From Octopus sinensis (taxonomy: Eukaryota): DNA of 64,000 nucleotides. The notes below the pieces were generated by a model, which was not told the origin of the DNA, did not search any database, and was given only the letters and a program-made list of their open reading frames with translations. How positions within the stretch are numbered: the stretch's first letter is position 1; each line of letters opens with the position of its first letter. Both the position numbers and the translations under genes were made by a program. Location of the stretch: NCBI RefSeq assembly GCF_006345805.1, contig NC_042997.1, positions 95,542,001 through 95,606,000 of the forward strand, written 5' to 3'. Positions 22,885 through 38,596 of this stretch are shown one piece after another.

Positions 22885-25800
22885 ACGTATATGTAAGCGT
22901 ATACAGACACACGCACACACACACGCACACAAACACACAGAGACACACAGACACACATATAAATATATGCACGTATATAGAAAGGAAATGGTAGTTAAAA
23001 TAACAGAGAAATATATTTCATATAATTATTTTTCACCTTGTATTCAAAGATGTCCTGACATATTCGGCATCTAATCTAAATCAACACACAGTTTTTAAAA
23101 ATGTGCATTGCACATACAATTTCAAAAGATCAATGAATTGTCACCAAGGAGACGTATGAGTCAGAATTATAAGACGATAATGCTTCGATAATAATAGAGG
23201 ATAAAAATGAAATTGTCTGACATCACCTAGACACATATGCCACCATATATGCGTATAGGTATGAAAGTATCTTCTTTATTTATGTATTAATTTATATATC
23301 TGTCGATTGATCCAACAATTTATGTGTATATAAAGATATATGTATTGTTTCATATACACTGCACATAGAAGCAGTTATACGTAAAACCTCTCTCTCTCTC
23401 TCTCACACGCACACACACACACACATACACACACGCATGTGTGTGTGTTTAAAGCTATATTTACTCAGTTCCGTATCTATGTAACTGAAAAGGTCTGTGA
23501 GAGATTGAACACATTCAAGGTACTGGATAAAAATGAAACATCTTGTGAATTAAATCTTCTGGGATTACTTTTTGACACTTCAAATTCTAATACTCAACTA
23601 GCATTAACCGTTTGTACAATATTGCTAGGGTTGATAAAGTAAAAACAAGCAATGAACCACAGTCGAATTCGTGACGTACGCTTTCCATAAAAATTGACTA
23701 CATGGAAGTTTTCAAATTACAAGTGCAAGTATTGCTGATTAAGCTCATCAATCTAACATGGACAATATATTTTGCAAGACATATTGGTATTCTTTACTGC
23801 TTGCTGCAAATTCTAATGTATAAAACAGACGATCTCATTGTTAAAATAAATTTCATTCATTTATATGGGACCGAGCTCACATTTAAAATAGAAATTACGT
23901 GCAGAAATAGCAACTATTATAATTGTTTTGATGCTGATACAATTCAGCTTTTTCATTTTTAAGATTTACTAGAAATGGTGATTAGGATATTTCTTAATTA
24001 TCTGCTTAATTAGTTGCAATGTGACAGCTAGAAATATACATGTTTTGATATACATTCTAGAAAGCTGTGAAACGAATAAATAGTTTTGGAAGTCACCTTA
24101 TGGTGTGGAGTTTTTATATAATGTGGCTGATGCATCGATTACGTAAAGAAATCAATGATTCCGAGGATCGTTGGACAATATATAACAGAAGGGAAAACAG
24201 ATGGAGATGATACATTTGTGAGCCAGTGGCTGAAGGCTCATTTCTTAGTGACTTCAAACAAAATCATCGAGAGTTTTTCTTTTTCTCGGAATTGTTATAG
24301 AATTCTCCGCTCTCGTAATCAGTATGAGATAAGTATGGAAACCAAACAATTACATGTAACTGCTCAGGTTACGAAGGTAGGCGATTTCAGAAAGAGGTTA
24401 TATTGAGATATATATCATCGAAACAGGAAAACATATGGTCGAATTGTTATTGGTGATTCCATTAATTCCGAAAGTGGTTATAGTAACAGATGTATTTAGA
24501 CGAGTAAAAAAGAAAGACGTAAGACATTGTAATTGAAAACTTTAATTTGCTTATAAGTAATTGAGAGAAATTATAACGATGATAATCTGTAGGAACATGC
24601 GCAAACACATTTCTGAGTGAAGTTTGTTCAATGAAAATAGCCTCGGAAACAAATTTGTGAGATCTGTTGGGCTCGGAGAGTTGTAGGATTTATGATCTAA
24701 CTACGAAACTAAAAGATGTTTGTTGAACCATGACCTCACGATAAACCATTGCCAGGATCCTAAACCGAACTACGCTAAATGACCCTACTTGCTAGGTGGC
24801 AGTGGTAAGGTAGACTGTACCCGTGATAAGGAATATTTTATTTTTATACAGGCATGGTATCACCAGAGGTTATAGCATCAACTTTGTTTTAGAGGTCATA
24901 AATGAATTAATATTTGTGTTCTTTATATTCTATACCACGTAATAACGTACGAAATAAGTAATTCCCATGTTTTCGCCTCCAGAGAATTTAAGCTTTACAA
25001 CGTCGAGGCAATGAGAATACATCTACGTGAGGTTCGCTCTGCTAAAGATAGCAGTCAGACTCCTTAATATCATGAACTGCTGCGTTTCTTTTATAAAAAG
25101 AATAGATTATGCAATGCAGTGCTAAATTGCATGTCAGAATTAAGAACATGTATCTTAATTTCTAAAACGTTTTTGATGATATTTATCTCAACATTTGAGC
25201 TGACTTGGTACAAGCTACAATACAAAATATGTACATTGACTAACACGCGCGCACGCACACGCATACGTCTATACGCTCACACACTTGTATACATACATGA
25301 TGCATACATATGTATGTACATATTTAAGAGTGGATGAAAACATACCTTACAATGGCGCCTGTAACAAAACACGTGTCACTGAAAAATATTACAGCTGAAT
25401 AAAGAAAATACGGACCTCGGAATTCTTTACATTCCATAACACAGTGGCTCACAATTTTTAGCAGTGTTAGTACTCATACCAACATGCGGGCAGCTAGATT
25501 GGACGCTTGATGAGATGTGAGTCATTGATGTGAAAACTGGAAAGATACTAACATGCACACATTTCCTCATCAACAGTGACGTAGACCGACTGTACTTAAA
25601 ATGAAAACAAATGGGGAGGTCCAATCTGTCATTGAATGTCATATCACTTCTACAACATCATTGAACCGCCAAGTGTTGAAGTGCATTCTTTGACCAAGTT
25701 TGCATACATGAGGATGATAACATCAGAAGTCTTGGGAAGCAGCTCCTTGATCAGTATTTCATGTCTGATAACCTTGAATACATGTCGAAAGAGGTCACAC

Positions 25801-26073
25801 GATTACCCCAACGTATCATCAGAAGAATGCATGAGCATATGTGAGCAGAAGACCATGCATGGTTACGTTAGTAGAAATCTACGAGATGATACAAACATTG
25901 ATCATCAAAGCAGTCTATCCTGGGCCAACAACCGGATTACTAACTCCCACTGTGAAGAGTATGTTTTTGAAATTCCAATGAAGGTGACTCGGATCTAGAT
26001 TAGTAACCGGCTCTTTCTCTATTGACAAGAAATCTTGAAATAAAACTGAATAATGACATACATACATATATGT

Positions 26074-26109
<36 letters not shown>

Positions 26110-28353
26110 CGTGCGTGCGTGTGTGTGTGTATGTGTGTGCGTGTGTGTGTAAACAGTCGGAAGGAATCAGCATTCAAGTTCAAACTTCATAGAAACTGGT
26201 TCAATAACGATTTCTTTCGTTGCTTTTCCTGTATGTTCAACTTGTATTATATGAAACTAAATTTGTGATGTAAACCAGTCAGCGATACATTTGATTAAGT
26301 AGAAATCACTTCACAAGCTACGTTATTTCTTACCTACTTTTAATTGAGGTACATATACTGTGTGCTACATTTGTTTATCTTTGGCCTTCATCTAGGTAAG
26401 CTTTAGTCATGTGAAAATGAAAATCATTGCATTGTATGAAGTATTTGTTTTACACTTTCCTGATCACTACGTTCACGAACTCTAATATATTGCAACGTAA
26501 TTATGATATTACTTCAACTTTTACAGTTACATGGCAAGTCATGAAAATAAAACCCTTAACACTCACGACACGGGATGATGTGGCACCTTCTTTCGTTTCA
26601 CACTCTACTAATGATATCCTTCTTTAATTTCATTAAAACACGATTTTAAATTACATTTCTTTTCTTTTACACTACACCGTAGTTTCCGATATATTTCCAA
26701 CCATACATATTCTCGTAAACGGTGATCAATAATTGTTTATTATATATCATGTATTCCTATCATTCTTCAGTAATGATATAACTTTCACGCATTCCTATAC
26801 TATCCTCTTCACAATTTCTCCACATTCTGTGTTCCATGACTATTGTTTCGCATAAACAGAGCCAAAGCAATCTGCTTTACGTGTTTCTCAATAACAATAA
26901 ATCTACCAAAGAACATTAACTAGCCCTATAATTTCCTCTCTCAATCTCTCGGTAACAAGGAAGTCATTGTTTTCGAAAATATTTACAATTTACAGTCTTG
27001 ATCACTTCATGCTGAAGAAGTTTCAACTATATTTCATTCACTCAACCGCTAATTGAATGTGTTCGGGTCTCTTTTCTTACATACAACACAAGGGATATGT
27101 TTTTCTATTGACGGAATAGATCTCGGCACGCACACAAAAAAAAGAACAGTTCTACCTCTACTGCACTATTTGTCAAGAAATATGCTCGAGATTTCGGGTC
27201 TGTTTGATTTTAAAATCATCTCAAACCACAAAATGTAACTTTTCAGGAACTATGATTTTCAGCACATTCGGAGCCGAAGTGACTGCATAAAGAAACCAAT
27301 CTTCAAGAGCGATGCTGCTGTTGCATATACCACATGCAGCCCGACTAGTACGGAATTCTCCTTCGGTTAAACATTTCCAATTTATGACGTACGCTATCGA
27401 AGTATCGCAAATTCCACAGCCAAAAATAAAAGAAACAGGTATCTTGTACAGTTGAAGCACATTTCTCTTCATATACATTTCTACCACCCCATCACCACTG
27501 CCATCGTCACATCACATCTCGTGTATCTTCATTAGATTTATTAGTAATCATTACAAAAAACTATCATCGTTACTCCTCTCTGAATTTCACCTCACATCTA
27601 GCTCTCAGTAAGCTCAGGTTCAATGCCTTTATCTACACTCATTTATTTATTGAATAGCCAGGCCCTTAAATTTCTCAGCACATTATATTTCCTCCATAGC
27701 TGTTCAAACGTTTATTCATCTCGGATGTAAATTCGTTATATTGTCCTCCCTATAACGATGGACTTTTTCCCTACCAATTACCACCACCACCGTCCTACAC
27801 TAAAACGACTCTCGTTTATTTAAATCTTTTCCCCACTTCGATAGACTCGACCAACACCTTACAGAGTTATCATTAGCATGCATTCAGGCCCAGATACTTT
27901 CTAAGTTTACTGAGATTACCTCTAAATAATACAATTGTTATATTAACGATTGGATGGGTGCTATGTCGCTAATATCGGATGAATTGCTTGTCTTATATTG
28001 TTCCTTTAACAGTTCCTACATAAATTTATCCATCCTTCCTACACTACATTCATTTAACGATATCACCGTCACTAGTGGTTACCTTCATATTTTCAGTTTT
28101 GTTTCTTATAAAACTGATGACGTATACACATGCATAGAATTTTCCTCAATTCACAATACTCTCATTACAAGTACCATCTCCGTCGCATACGACGATGCAG
28201 TACTTCCTTTCTCTTCTTATCACTATAATTGAAATTTCTTTACCCTCGTGCATTAGCTGATATGTCCTTTCTCTCTGAAGCGATCCACCCGAAATATTAA
28301 GCTGCTGCCTTCCATACGTTATGAAATGCATTCTCTTTCGAGTATTTATATTA

Positions 28354-29284
28354 CAAGGGTGCGCTGAAATGATCATTGACTGACTACGAAGAACCGACGC
28401 TAGAGCTGTGAAGTCTTGCACGCTTTAATTTCCATGCTTCTTATTAATTATTGTATTGTTTCGTTCCTGGTCAACTGCCATCTGACTACTCAGAGAAGAT
28501 TTTAGAAGTAACTAGTAGCAACTTCTCTTGAAAATGGACAAAACTTGGCTGATCACATAACGGGAAAATCTGACAATCTTTGAGGCAGGTCCATTTACGT
28601 TCCTCGAACGTTTTCTAAGCCAGGATAAGTGTTTGTTTCATCACGTTCAGCTTGAGATTAAGAGACAATCCATGCAACTGAGAAACCCCTACTAACCTTC
28701 TCCAAGGAAGGCCATGGTCTTTTCATCTTCAGTTGTTTGGAATGCAAAAAGAATTGTATTTATTTACTATCTTCATAAGGGCACACTATAAATGGAGAAA
28801 AAATTGCCAACTTGCTCAAGCAGTAACGAAAGGCTATCAAGAGGAAAGCTGTTACGAAAGGCTATCAAGACGAGATTGCCAGGAAAACTGATGAAAGCAG
28901 TCTTGTTTCATCAAGGCAATGCTTTAGCCCACAAGTCTTTGGTTTCAATAGCTGTTGTCCGTGACTGTGTCTTTACTGGTTGATCACCTTTTCTATTCTC
29001 CTGATTGTGCACTTTCTGACTATCATATGTTCCCCAACAAGGTGAAAAAAACCCCACAACAATGGTGTTTGAACCAGTATCGCAGTATTGATGATGTCAT
29101 ACCTGCTGTTGACATTTGTCACTAGCTGGATAAAAGCATATTCACCACAGGGGTACAAGCACTGCAACACTGATTGAAGACGTGTGTAGACTGGAAAGGG
29201 GACTATGTTGAAAAATAAGACACATTTGGTTACATTCAATATGAGTATCTTGGTCAGCTTATGAAATTTTTCAGCCGATCCCTC
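28354..29284 (+). mobile_element. Internally deleted, frameshifted mariner (DD34D) transposon with TIRs and TA target duplication
   Basis: Left end TA|CAAGGGTGCGCTGAAATGATCATTGACTGAC; right end GTCAGCTTATGAAATTTTTCAGCCGATCCCTC|TA. Transposase remnants include LRKAIKTRLPGKLMKAVLFHQGNALAHKS (HQDNAPAH motif) and a decayed C-terminal QALQH-WKxCV-xKGDYVEK. Confidence 0.88.
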
Positions 29285-29867
29285 TATGTTTCGTCTTTAT
29301 TTTTTCTCGGAATCTACAGTATTATTATAATGGTATGGAGAATGTGTTTGGATTTGGATTCTGATGTCCCAAGAAATTACCCTAAGGAACTAGGAGCTTC
29401 TCCATAGATTGTAGAATTTGTGTTTCCAAATGAATATACGCAAATAATAAACCCAAAATGGAAAAGCGATTTTATTTAAATAGAACAAAAATAATATATG
29501 GCATGAAACATTTCAACATTTCAGTATATTCCATTAACAGCTTAAACTGTTTAAACGCGTATAGCTTCACTAAAGAGAAAATAAACTGACAGTGAATGCG
29601 ACAGAAATTAAACGAAGCTAACATATGGTCATAAAACACTTCTAACACATAGTCACTTCGTTGTTTATTGTCACTCCTATACGTCTACAAAACGAATTTT
29701 TAAAAAATTTTTAGAAGCGAGTCATCCTTTTTATTTACGACAGATGTGGTTTTCACACCGAATTCTATTTCTACTAAACCCAAAATAAATATTGAGTGTG
29801 TGTGTGCGTGTGAGAGAGTGTGTGTATGTATGTGTCTATCTAATATCTGTGTCTCTCTCTGTCTGTC

Positions 29868-29932
<65 letters not shown>

Positions 29933-30666
29933 TACATTTAGAAACACAAAATTTATACATACATGATTATATATGCCTGTGTATGACAAATTATTACTTA
30001 GGCTAAAATTATAGTTTCCCTTCATATTTCGTTATTTCTTCTCAGTTAAAATATATTATCTAATTATTGTTTTCTATATATTTCTAGAATTCTGAAGGCA
30101 ACTTACAAAAGAAATCTTAAAACTGAACATTACTGTGTGATGTGATATAGATTCGTATTTCTAGTTTTGTTACGAAGGAAATATAAAGAATTGTATATCT
30201 ATTTCTTCTGTTTATGGTATGCTACTCATCTATTCAATTAATTTCTTTGTCTGTTGCAAATTAGCGAATTATTTGTCACTCGTAAGGCTATACGTTTCCG
30301 CCACTGATAACGGGCATCTGAAGTACTCGCTATATGTTTGAATCTATATAGACTTGGTAAATGAATATTTAAGTCATTTATAATAGTGAAAAGGAATTAG
30401 TAGTGTAAACACACAAACTACTTTTAACTCATTCAGGTGACCATCTCCTTACCGGAGCGATGATCGTAGCTTATATGCTGTATGAGCTTAAACAATTTAA
30501 AATTGTCTGAAACAGATGCAATTAAACGCAAAAAGAAAGTGACTTGGTACCAGCAGAATAATAAAAACAAGTAACTATATTAGAGTTCAAGGTTTATTAA
30601 AAGACATATAATTCGTAGCTTTTCAGATATTCATAGCTTTTCGGAGCCATGAAGTACAACCGAACG

Positions 30667-30982
30667 CATGAACTCTGGTAACTCGAGTCAAGAGATTTGC
30701 CGGCATACTGTATACTGACCTCCTAAAATTCAAATAGCAGTCTAATCACACCACTCCGTCTTAACAAGGAATGATAAATAACACAATATATTCTAAATAT
30801 CTTTAAAGAAAAAATGGTTTGAACATGAACTCTGGTAACTTGAGTCAAGAGATTTGTCGGCATACTGTATACTGACCTCCTAAAATTCAAATAGCAGTCT
30901 AATCACACCACTCCATCTTAACAAGGAATGATAAATAACACAATATATTCTAAATATCTTTAAAGAAAAAACGTTTGAACAT
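30667..30982. repeat. Tandem duplication, 2 x ~157 bp
   Basis: catgaactctggtaact...gtttgaacat repeats at 30667 and 30824 with very few differences. Confidence 0.92.
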
Positions 30983-32559
30983 ATTTTATTTATTTATTTT
31001 TTTCATTTATTCAGTCTTGACACAGTGATTGGTTTGTGTCCAGTCCTACTACACAATACAGTCTGCAAGTATGTTTTCTGCTGTAAGCTTCGAGTTTGCC
31101 AAAGGATTGTGAGTGGTAGACAGAAAAAGGTTCGTAAATTTAAAAGGGGCTTTGACTCATTCTGTTGTTAATCGTAATCCTTCATTTGGTTTCCACTATT
31201 CCCTTTGTCTTTGGATTATTTAGCGGCGTATGTTGCGTCCTAAACTATCATGCCACATGCTCAATGTGAAGATAATGTTATACGCTCTTTCCTATGATAT
31301 GCAGGTACTCCAATAAACATTACAAAATACAAGTAAAGTTATTAGAACTGTACGTGTAATTATCAAACCATAACACATCTAACTAAAAAGGATTTCATAT
31401 CCCTTAGAGAAAGTGAAGTACTTCCATAGATATGCATGATATTAAGAACATAAGTAATCAAGTTCTACTTCGCATGAAAATGAGACATTAATAAACATTT
31501 GGATCATCTCCGCAAAAAGCTAAAAACGATTTCCAGCGTGTATGTTAATCCTAGAAAAGACCTCATAAATATAATGTGTCATTTGGTTTAAAAACATATG
31601 TATTAACGTTCTGTAGAAATAAAAAAGATATTTAAAGTAATTACTGATTCTAAAAGTAGCAAGGTTTATGTTAAGTAATTTTTTTACTAGCCACCATGTC
31701 AAAAATATATAGGGTGAGGAAATGGGTCAGTGTTCTTCAAAATACAGTCAGGAGAAATGATTTTATTTTAAAATTGCGATCATATCGCAGTTTTTATTTC
31801 CTGCATATTAGATTTTATTGAACAGCATACGTTATCTCCCTCAGGTAATTTTACTATTGATACTATATGATCGATTGAGATAATGTTCCACAATAACTTG
31901 ATAGAGCGAATTGTGCGAATAATAAAACAAAAATTATAACTCGCCTCCTAAAAATATACACCTTATCAATTTCCTGGCCGTTTCACTACTGTAGTATTGC
32001 AGTTGAAAGGCTGTCTTTAACACGAGCGTAGATAATACAGTTGAATGGATATAAATTGAGCAAAAAGCAAATCGTATGGTCGTTTAATTGGTGTGCCTCA
32101 GTTCTTCATTGTTAAACAGATCGTTTGAAAACAATACTTTTTTCTTTTGTCTTACATTTTCTGCAACACATTTTCCTGCTTGTTTGCTTTCACTAACTTT
32201 TTGAAATTTCGATAATCAATTGCAGACCTGATTCATATAATCGTTCATGCGCTCAAACAGCTTTTAAAAGAAAACGTATAAATACCAATTTTAATGGACT
32301 CGAAGCAAAGACATTACATAAAATATAGAATTGGAACAATTAATGTTAGCTTAACAAAATAACGGAAAAGGAGTTTTTTCAGTCTCTAAACAGAGATTGT
32401 GAAAAAAATGATCCTTTTGGGGAAAAACTATTATCACAGGTTTCAAGCCATTTGAAGATTAAAATTTAATTATGTTTTTTTTAAAGCTTCTCTGAAATCT
32501 AACACACATAATTGCAAGTTTATTCTTACGAATTATTTCCGGTTAAATTTTCATATACT

Positions 32560-32800
32560 AAATATGTATATATTTCTTTGTTGGACACAAGGGCTAAACA
32601 TAGAGCGTACAAACAAAGAAGGACAAAGGGTTTAAGTCGATTACATCGACCCCAGAGCGTAACAGGTACTTATTTAATCGTTCCGAAAGAATGAATGGCG
32701 AAGTCGACCTCGGCGAAGTTTGAACTCAGAACGTGGCGGCAGACGAAATATCGGTAAGCATTTCGCCTGGTGTGCTAGTGATTCTGCCAGCTCGCCGCCT
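32560..32800 (-). mobile_element. tRNA-derived SINE
   Basis: The minus strand reads aggcggcgagctggcagaatc...ttctgagttcaaacttcgccgaggtcgacttcgcc; same family as 50705. Confidence 0.85.
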
Positions 32801-32819
32801 TTCAGGATATATAATATAC

Positions 32820-32870
<51 letters not shown>

Positions 32871-34239
32871 GTTGGAGCATTAATGACGTTTATAACATCA
32901 CTGTGCATCTATTAGGATTGAGCTTAATTTCTTATTTGAAAAATAACTTCACATGGGAATGATGTTGTCAGAAGCTTCTAGAATCACCAATATCAATGAA
33001 TCTTCCATTGAAAGATAAAACAGCCAAGACAAATACAATATCAAAATTATTACGAGCCACAAGGGAAATACTTTGTTTAAATCTTTTCTCTTTTTCTATC
33101 AACACTCTTCTGTGATTGATTGCGTTTCCCTGTGTTCTGTTTAACCATAATACTAGTAATAAAAGCTACAATATTTGATGTCGTTGTTTTTATTTAAACT
33201 TGTTATTATCGTAGAAAAATCGCGTTATCAGAATATGCAAAGCTTCGGGAAAAGGTCTTATGTTATTGGCATTACAGTATATTGAGAGTATATATAATAA
33301 CAAGATCGACAGTGACGGTCACAAAAAGCGATCATCCTTCTGGAATCAATAAGATAAATACCGGCATCGAGTATTGGATTCTCTTTAATCGACTGTTGTT
33401 TCCCACACCAAATCATTTCTATTGTTTATCATTTATTGAAAAATATTATTCTACGAGAATTTGACAATGTTAGTGTTAATCCATAGAGTACAATGTTTCC
33501 TTGTTTATATTCTAAATGAAGATACAGTTTAGCATGGCGATCTCATAATCAGAATAATACCTAAGAAACAATTATAATGAAATAGTAAACAGTAAATCAA
33601 ACATTCATTTGCAAACATAACGCATCCTTTTGTCCTTAGTGAGAAATATTAATTTTGATTCATTTGAACTGGATGAGGCAAATACTAACTGCAGTTTATG
33701 CTATTTATCAATGTTAACTTTTGCTATAATATTATATCGGAGATTAGTGTGTTGGCTAAATGCCGGAGTGCTATCCACGCGACTATTTACTTCGATATTC
33801 TGTACATCTTAGTTTAATTTAGAATATATGTTTATGATATTTTCCTCTGAGATTTGAGCACCAAATTAGAATGGTATTTGCTGATCCTGTTCCTCAAATC
33901 AGCACAGTGTTCGGTCTAATGTAGATAGTTATTATTTTACTCTTTTACTTAGTATATATTTTAATGATGAATAAGAGTAGCTAAGGAAGATAGCGTTTGT
34001 CGGATGATTTTGAATTATTGCTTTTATGTGTAAATGTGTTTGATTGTTGAGAATAACTGTTACATGGCATTTATAATTAAGGTTCGTAGTATCAGCACAA
34101 TGCAAGTGTAAATTATTTCTGAATATTTGTATATTATTGTCAATTCAATGTAGGTGTCCAGTGTGCTAGAAGTCACTTATAACATAAAAACGGCTTCTAG
34201 TCAATTTTCAGTTTTTGTTGTTAACTAAAACTTTGGTTT

Positions 34240-34350
34240 ACCGACCGTGAAAGGATGAAAGCAAAATGAACCTCGACGACATTGGGAACTTAGATAGCAA
34301 ATAGAAAATGCTGCAAAGCATTTTTTTCCGACATTCTAATAATTCTCTCT
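34240..34350 (-). mobile_element. Degenerate SINE fragment, same family
   Basis: gaaaggatgaaagcaaaatgaacctcg matches the reverse complement of the family core. Confidence 0.55.
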
Positions 34351-34353
34351 GAA

Positions 34354-34393
<40 letters not shown>

Positions 34394-37094
34394 ATATATT
34401 GATTGTTCTCTAATGTTTCTTTGGCATTGACTTAAGTGATGCATGTTAATGCTCTTTGCATGTCTTTATGTAGTGTATTTTTTGTTTTCTGTACTGTATA
34501 AAACTGGAAGTAATATTTAGTCTTTATATCTCTCATGTGTATTATCTTGAGATGTGCTAAATAGTTGGTGTCAATGTTAGTCTGTATATTTGCAGCATGA
34601 TTTTTACAAATTTGATAACTGTTTGGATTTGCCGTGTGCCTTTCTCATAAACTGTTCGATGGGTAGCTTTTGTGTCAGGGAGTTGGATTATATTTCATGT
34701 GATGTAAGAAATCTGAGTAACTTTTAAGAAAAATTTAAGTATGAGAGAGTATTTATAATCTCGGAAAACGTGTAGATTCCTGGTTACTATGAAGCAGAAA
34801 TTTCCCGATAGCTGGACTGTCAAAGTTTTACTGCGTTGAATTGGAAGCAATGGTCAAAATATATTAAAGTATTCTATGTAAATCCCGCTGCGATGGAATT
34901 TGCTTCTCCAATTTTCCTCTGTCGAACAAATATTTGTTATCGACTTTAGAATTACGGGGTCCCATTTAATCCATGATGCCGATGCCTATTTGGTTTCTTA
35001 AGGCAACATAACTACTTTTATGTGCTTTAATGGAAGATGGGAAATGGTAGCCCCATAAACCTTTGTATTTTCATGAGTAGCAGTGTCCAAAATTATATTA
35101 CCGCTGAAATACCATATCATTAACGGATCGTGTGCCTCGCACTTCATTGTCCATTTTATATTTTCCCGTCGGAATGGATTTAATTGTTTACGTTTCTTTT
35201 TAAGGAAATAATATCTATTTTATTCAGGAGCATATATTGGGAGAGTAAGTGAAAGTATTTGCTCAATCCAATGGTCGCTGCGAGGTAAGTGTAGTGGGTT
35301 ATATTTTCAGTTGATGTGAACTTACTTTGCTTGTGTAATGCTTTTCGTTATATGATGACTCAGTGCAACGCCTTGAATATCTGTTACGAAAAACAAGTTC
35401 AAGTTCATTTCAGAATGAAGATAATCTCTAAGTTCATCAGGGTTGAAATAAGGTAGCATCATTTCTAAAAGATTTTGCTTTTGATGTAATTCACATATAT
35501 TTCAAAATTCATATGCTTTCACTTACCTACTTTTGGAGTGGGTTTATTTGAAGAGGGTAGCTTTGGAGTGAGGGGTAGCTTGTATTTGTGAGAGCAATAG
35601 AGACGGTATTAGTAAAACCAATGAGAGAAAGCAATAATAGTTCAAATAGATTCTTTATGCAATTTATATCCTGTATAAAATATTCAGTGATTTATAGGAA
35701 CTCATACTTTGCTATAATTATTTTCCTTTTTTATCAGCGTATTTTTTAAATCTACAATTGCGTTCATTAAATCAATTTTAGAATTTGTCTTGTATACTGT
35801 CAGTAATCTTGCAATTCGATATACTGTAAATGTAAAGACCATATGTTTTTCGAGTTCGTTTATTGCAAAGATACTAAAACTTATTCCCACGTCAAGCAAA
35901 CATTTAGTATGAATATTTATAAATGATGGAAATATTATCTTATTTCTCCAAAGAATATTTATATTATTTTCTACACAAATATATGCTACAACTAACGAGA
36001 TATACCTGCCACTTTTCTTTACTTGCTTCCTTTCCAATATAGTAATAGCGAAAAAAAATCTTGTAATCCACCTCTGAATACATGTGTACTTAGTATGCAA
36101 TAAAATATACTTACATAGTAATTGACGGAATTATTGGTGAAGAATCAGATTCTCTAGATTCGGAATGCTTGAAGCTGTTTGAACCTCTATATTATACTTT
36201 ATACGCCGTTTCCATTTTAACAAATACCTTTTAAAACACGAATCAGATTAATTCCTGTTATAATTTAATTTGAATTATACTACGAAAAGCGTTGTGTAAG
36301 CATTATCAACATTTCATCTTCATACTACAACTTCTGTACACTTTCCAGTTAGGAGAGTGTGTCGAGTCGGTGCCTAGAGCTGTGAGTATTAAGTATCACT
36401 CTTTAAAGTCTCCATTAAATTTGCTCCTCATTCTCAACAGCTGCTCAAGGAGACACTTATCTTTACAGTTGATAATTATTTCAACCCAAACCTACAAAAC
36501 ATCGTCGAAGTAGCTTAGATCATACAAATAATCAGTGCATCAGGTCGTCGAATGAATTGCTTTTACCCTAACAGTAAATGCTTATTTATAAATTTCGATA
36601 CTAAATGTCTCGTGTAAGACTTTTGTTATGAAGAGCACCCCTTACACGAAAATGAAACAAAATACAAAGCGAAATGAAAAGAAAAAAGAAAAACAGAGCA
36701 AAGGAAATTAGATTTTCAATATTTTAATACTAAACAAAACGAAATGAAATCTCACAATAGCATATAAAATATATATGCATTAATTAGCTGCACTGCAAAA
36801 CAAACTCATTAACAAAATAACAAATGCTGACGAATTTCGAACTGTGATTTACTGTGATTTACAGAAGAGGCTTGGAGTGAATAAAAATACGGATGCCTAC
36901 AAAGCACGAACGAAGCAGTCCAATTTGTGTGCGTGTGTGTATTTTGTCTGTGTGTCTATGGGTGTATATGTGTGTGTGTAATTAATCAGATAGCGTCATC
37001 AAAACTAAGATGAAATAAATCAGGTAAAAAGGAAAACACAATGTGCAGTGCATAGTGATGCTCTCACGATAAAAACAAACATTACCTTTCCTCA

Positions 37095-38490
37095 GCTTAT
37101 GAGAGACATGAATTTGCAGGGAAACTCTAGAGATAAAAGCGAAAATGAGCCTCTCGCTTGGCCGATGCTCACTACAAATGCAGACTGACCTTTAAGTGAT
37201 TACCCTAAGGCAGCATTAGTAAATAATAGAGGCAAGTGAATTAAACAGGGTAATCACGCAGTGCTATTTGAAAAGATAATATCAAGAGGGGATTTCTCTA
37301 GAGTGACTCATTGTTCCTCTAAACATTTGTGTTATGTTTAAATCTCGGTTGGATTAATATTAAGAATGGTAAAGACAGAATATCAGTTTAGAGACCGTAA
37401 AGGAAAAAGAAAAGTTAACCATCTGCTCTACATTGATGATGTGAACCTTATTTAAAAAGAGATAGATTCTTTAATACAGACATTAAAAGGCTTCAGAAGG
37501 ATATAGGGATGGAATTTGGCATAAATGAATGCGAAATATTAGTCATGAAAAACGGATAGGTGAAGGCATTAAAATCATTAAAATTAAACATCAAAATCAT
37601 TAAAATCAAACATTAAAATCATCGAAAGGAGAAGGTTATAAGTATCTAAGAAATAAAGAGAAAGTTGCAATGAAGTACATCAGAAGGGTGGGGTAGTTCA
37701 TGAAGTCAAAGCTAAATTTTCGGAATCTAGTGACGGTTGTAAATACTTCAGCAATATCGTTACTTAGATATCCAGCTGATTTTGTAGATATGACAAAATC
37801 TGAATTGAGACGTCTAATGTAGTTAATAATGAGAAAATTTTATTATGAGTTGCTATAGTAACAGTACGAAATTGAGAAACAAAAAAAAAAAAACAAGTGG
37901 AGTTAAAAACCAAAAGAAAGAAGCAGAAGTATCTAACTGAAATGTGTAGGCTTTGCATGGTAAATTTCTAAAGATAGTTGCAGAAAGTAGTAATAGTGAA
38001 AGATGGCCGTGATTGCAGAAAGGAGGACTGAAAAGAGAGACAGAGAGTTTGTTAGTAGCAGGACAATATCAGGCATGGCGACTAAGTGGATAAATGCTAA
38101 GACAGACAAAAATTGGGTAGATTCTGAGTGTAGGTTATTAAATCAAAGGAAGAATGTGCTACTTCTATAGTTATTGAGGGTAGTAAGCTGGCACAGTAGG
38201 AATAGAAGAAAAAATATATCAAACTAGGGAGAATAATCTAATGGGATTTATGTAGAAACCTAGTATGTTACCATATTGATAAGTTGTATGGACATGAACC
38301 TAGTAAATTGCTAGACAGTAAGAAGTATAAGATGTGAGATATTAACATACAAACTGATAAAGTAATAGAATCTACAAGGTGTAGTTTATTAGTAGTACTG
38401 TAGGAGAATATGAAATGTTTAGTACGGCTCAAGAAAACAGTATTATTTGGCATGCCTAGGAGACACAGGAAAATTCTTTGCATCTAATTT
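37095..38490 (+). mobile_element. Decayed non-LTR retrotransposon (RT plus REL endonuclease, R4/Dong-like), 3' portion
   Basis: Remnant RT motifs: an RGIFQGDS-like motif near 37283 and NHLLYIDDV at ~37418-37443. The C-terminus resembles LGTAxILR. A (TAA)n tract follows at 38530-38575. Confidence 0.7.
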
Positions 38491-38534
38491 TACTAGCTGT
38501 AGCCCAATATTAGAAATTGTTTCCAGGTCTAATA

Positions 38535-38576
<42 letters not shown>

Positions 38577-38596
38577 TGATGATGATGATGATGATT

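Noticed and set aside
27221-27487. 88-aa ORF with repeated CGICxxSIA
   Set aside because: It is short, has no splice or homology support, and a small internal duplication or chance explains it.
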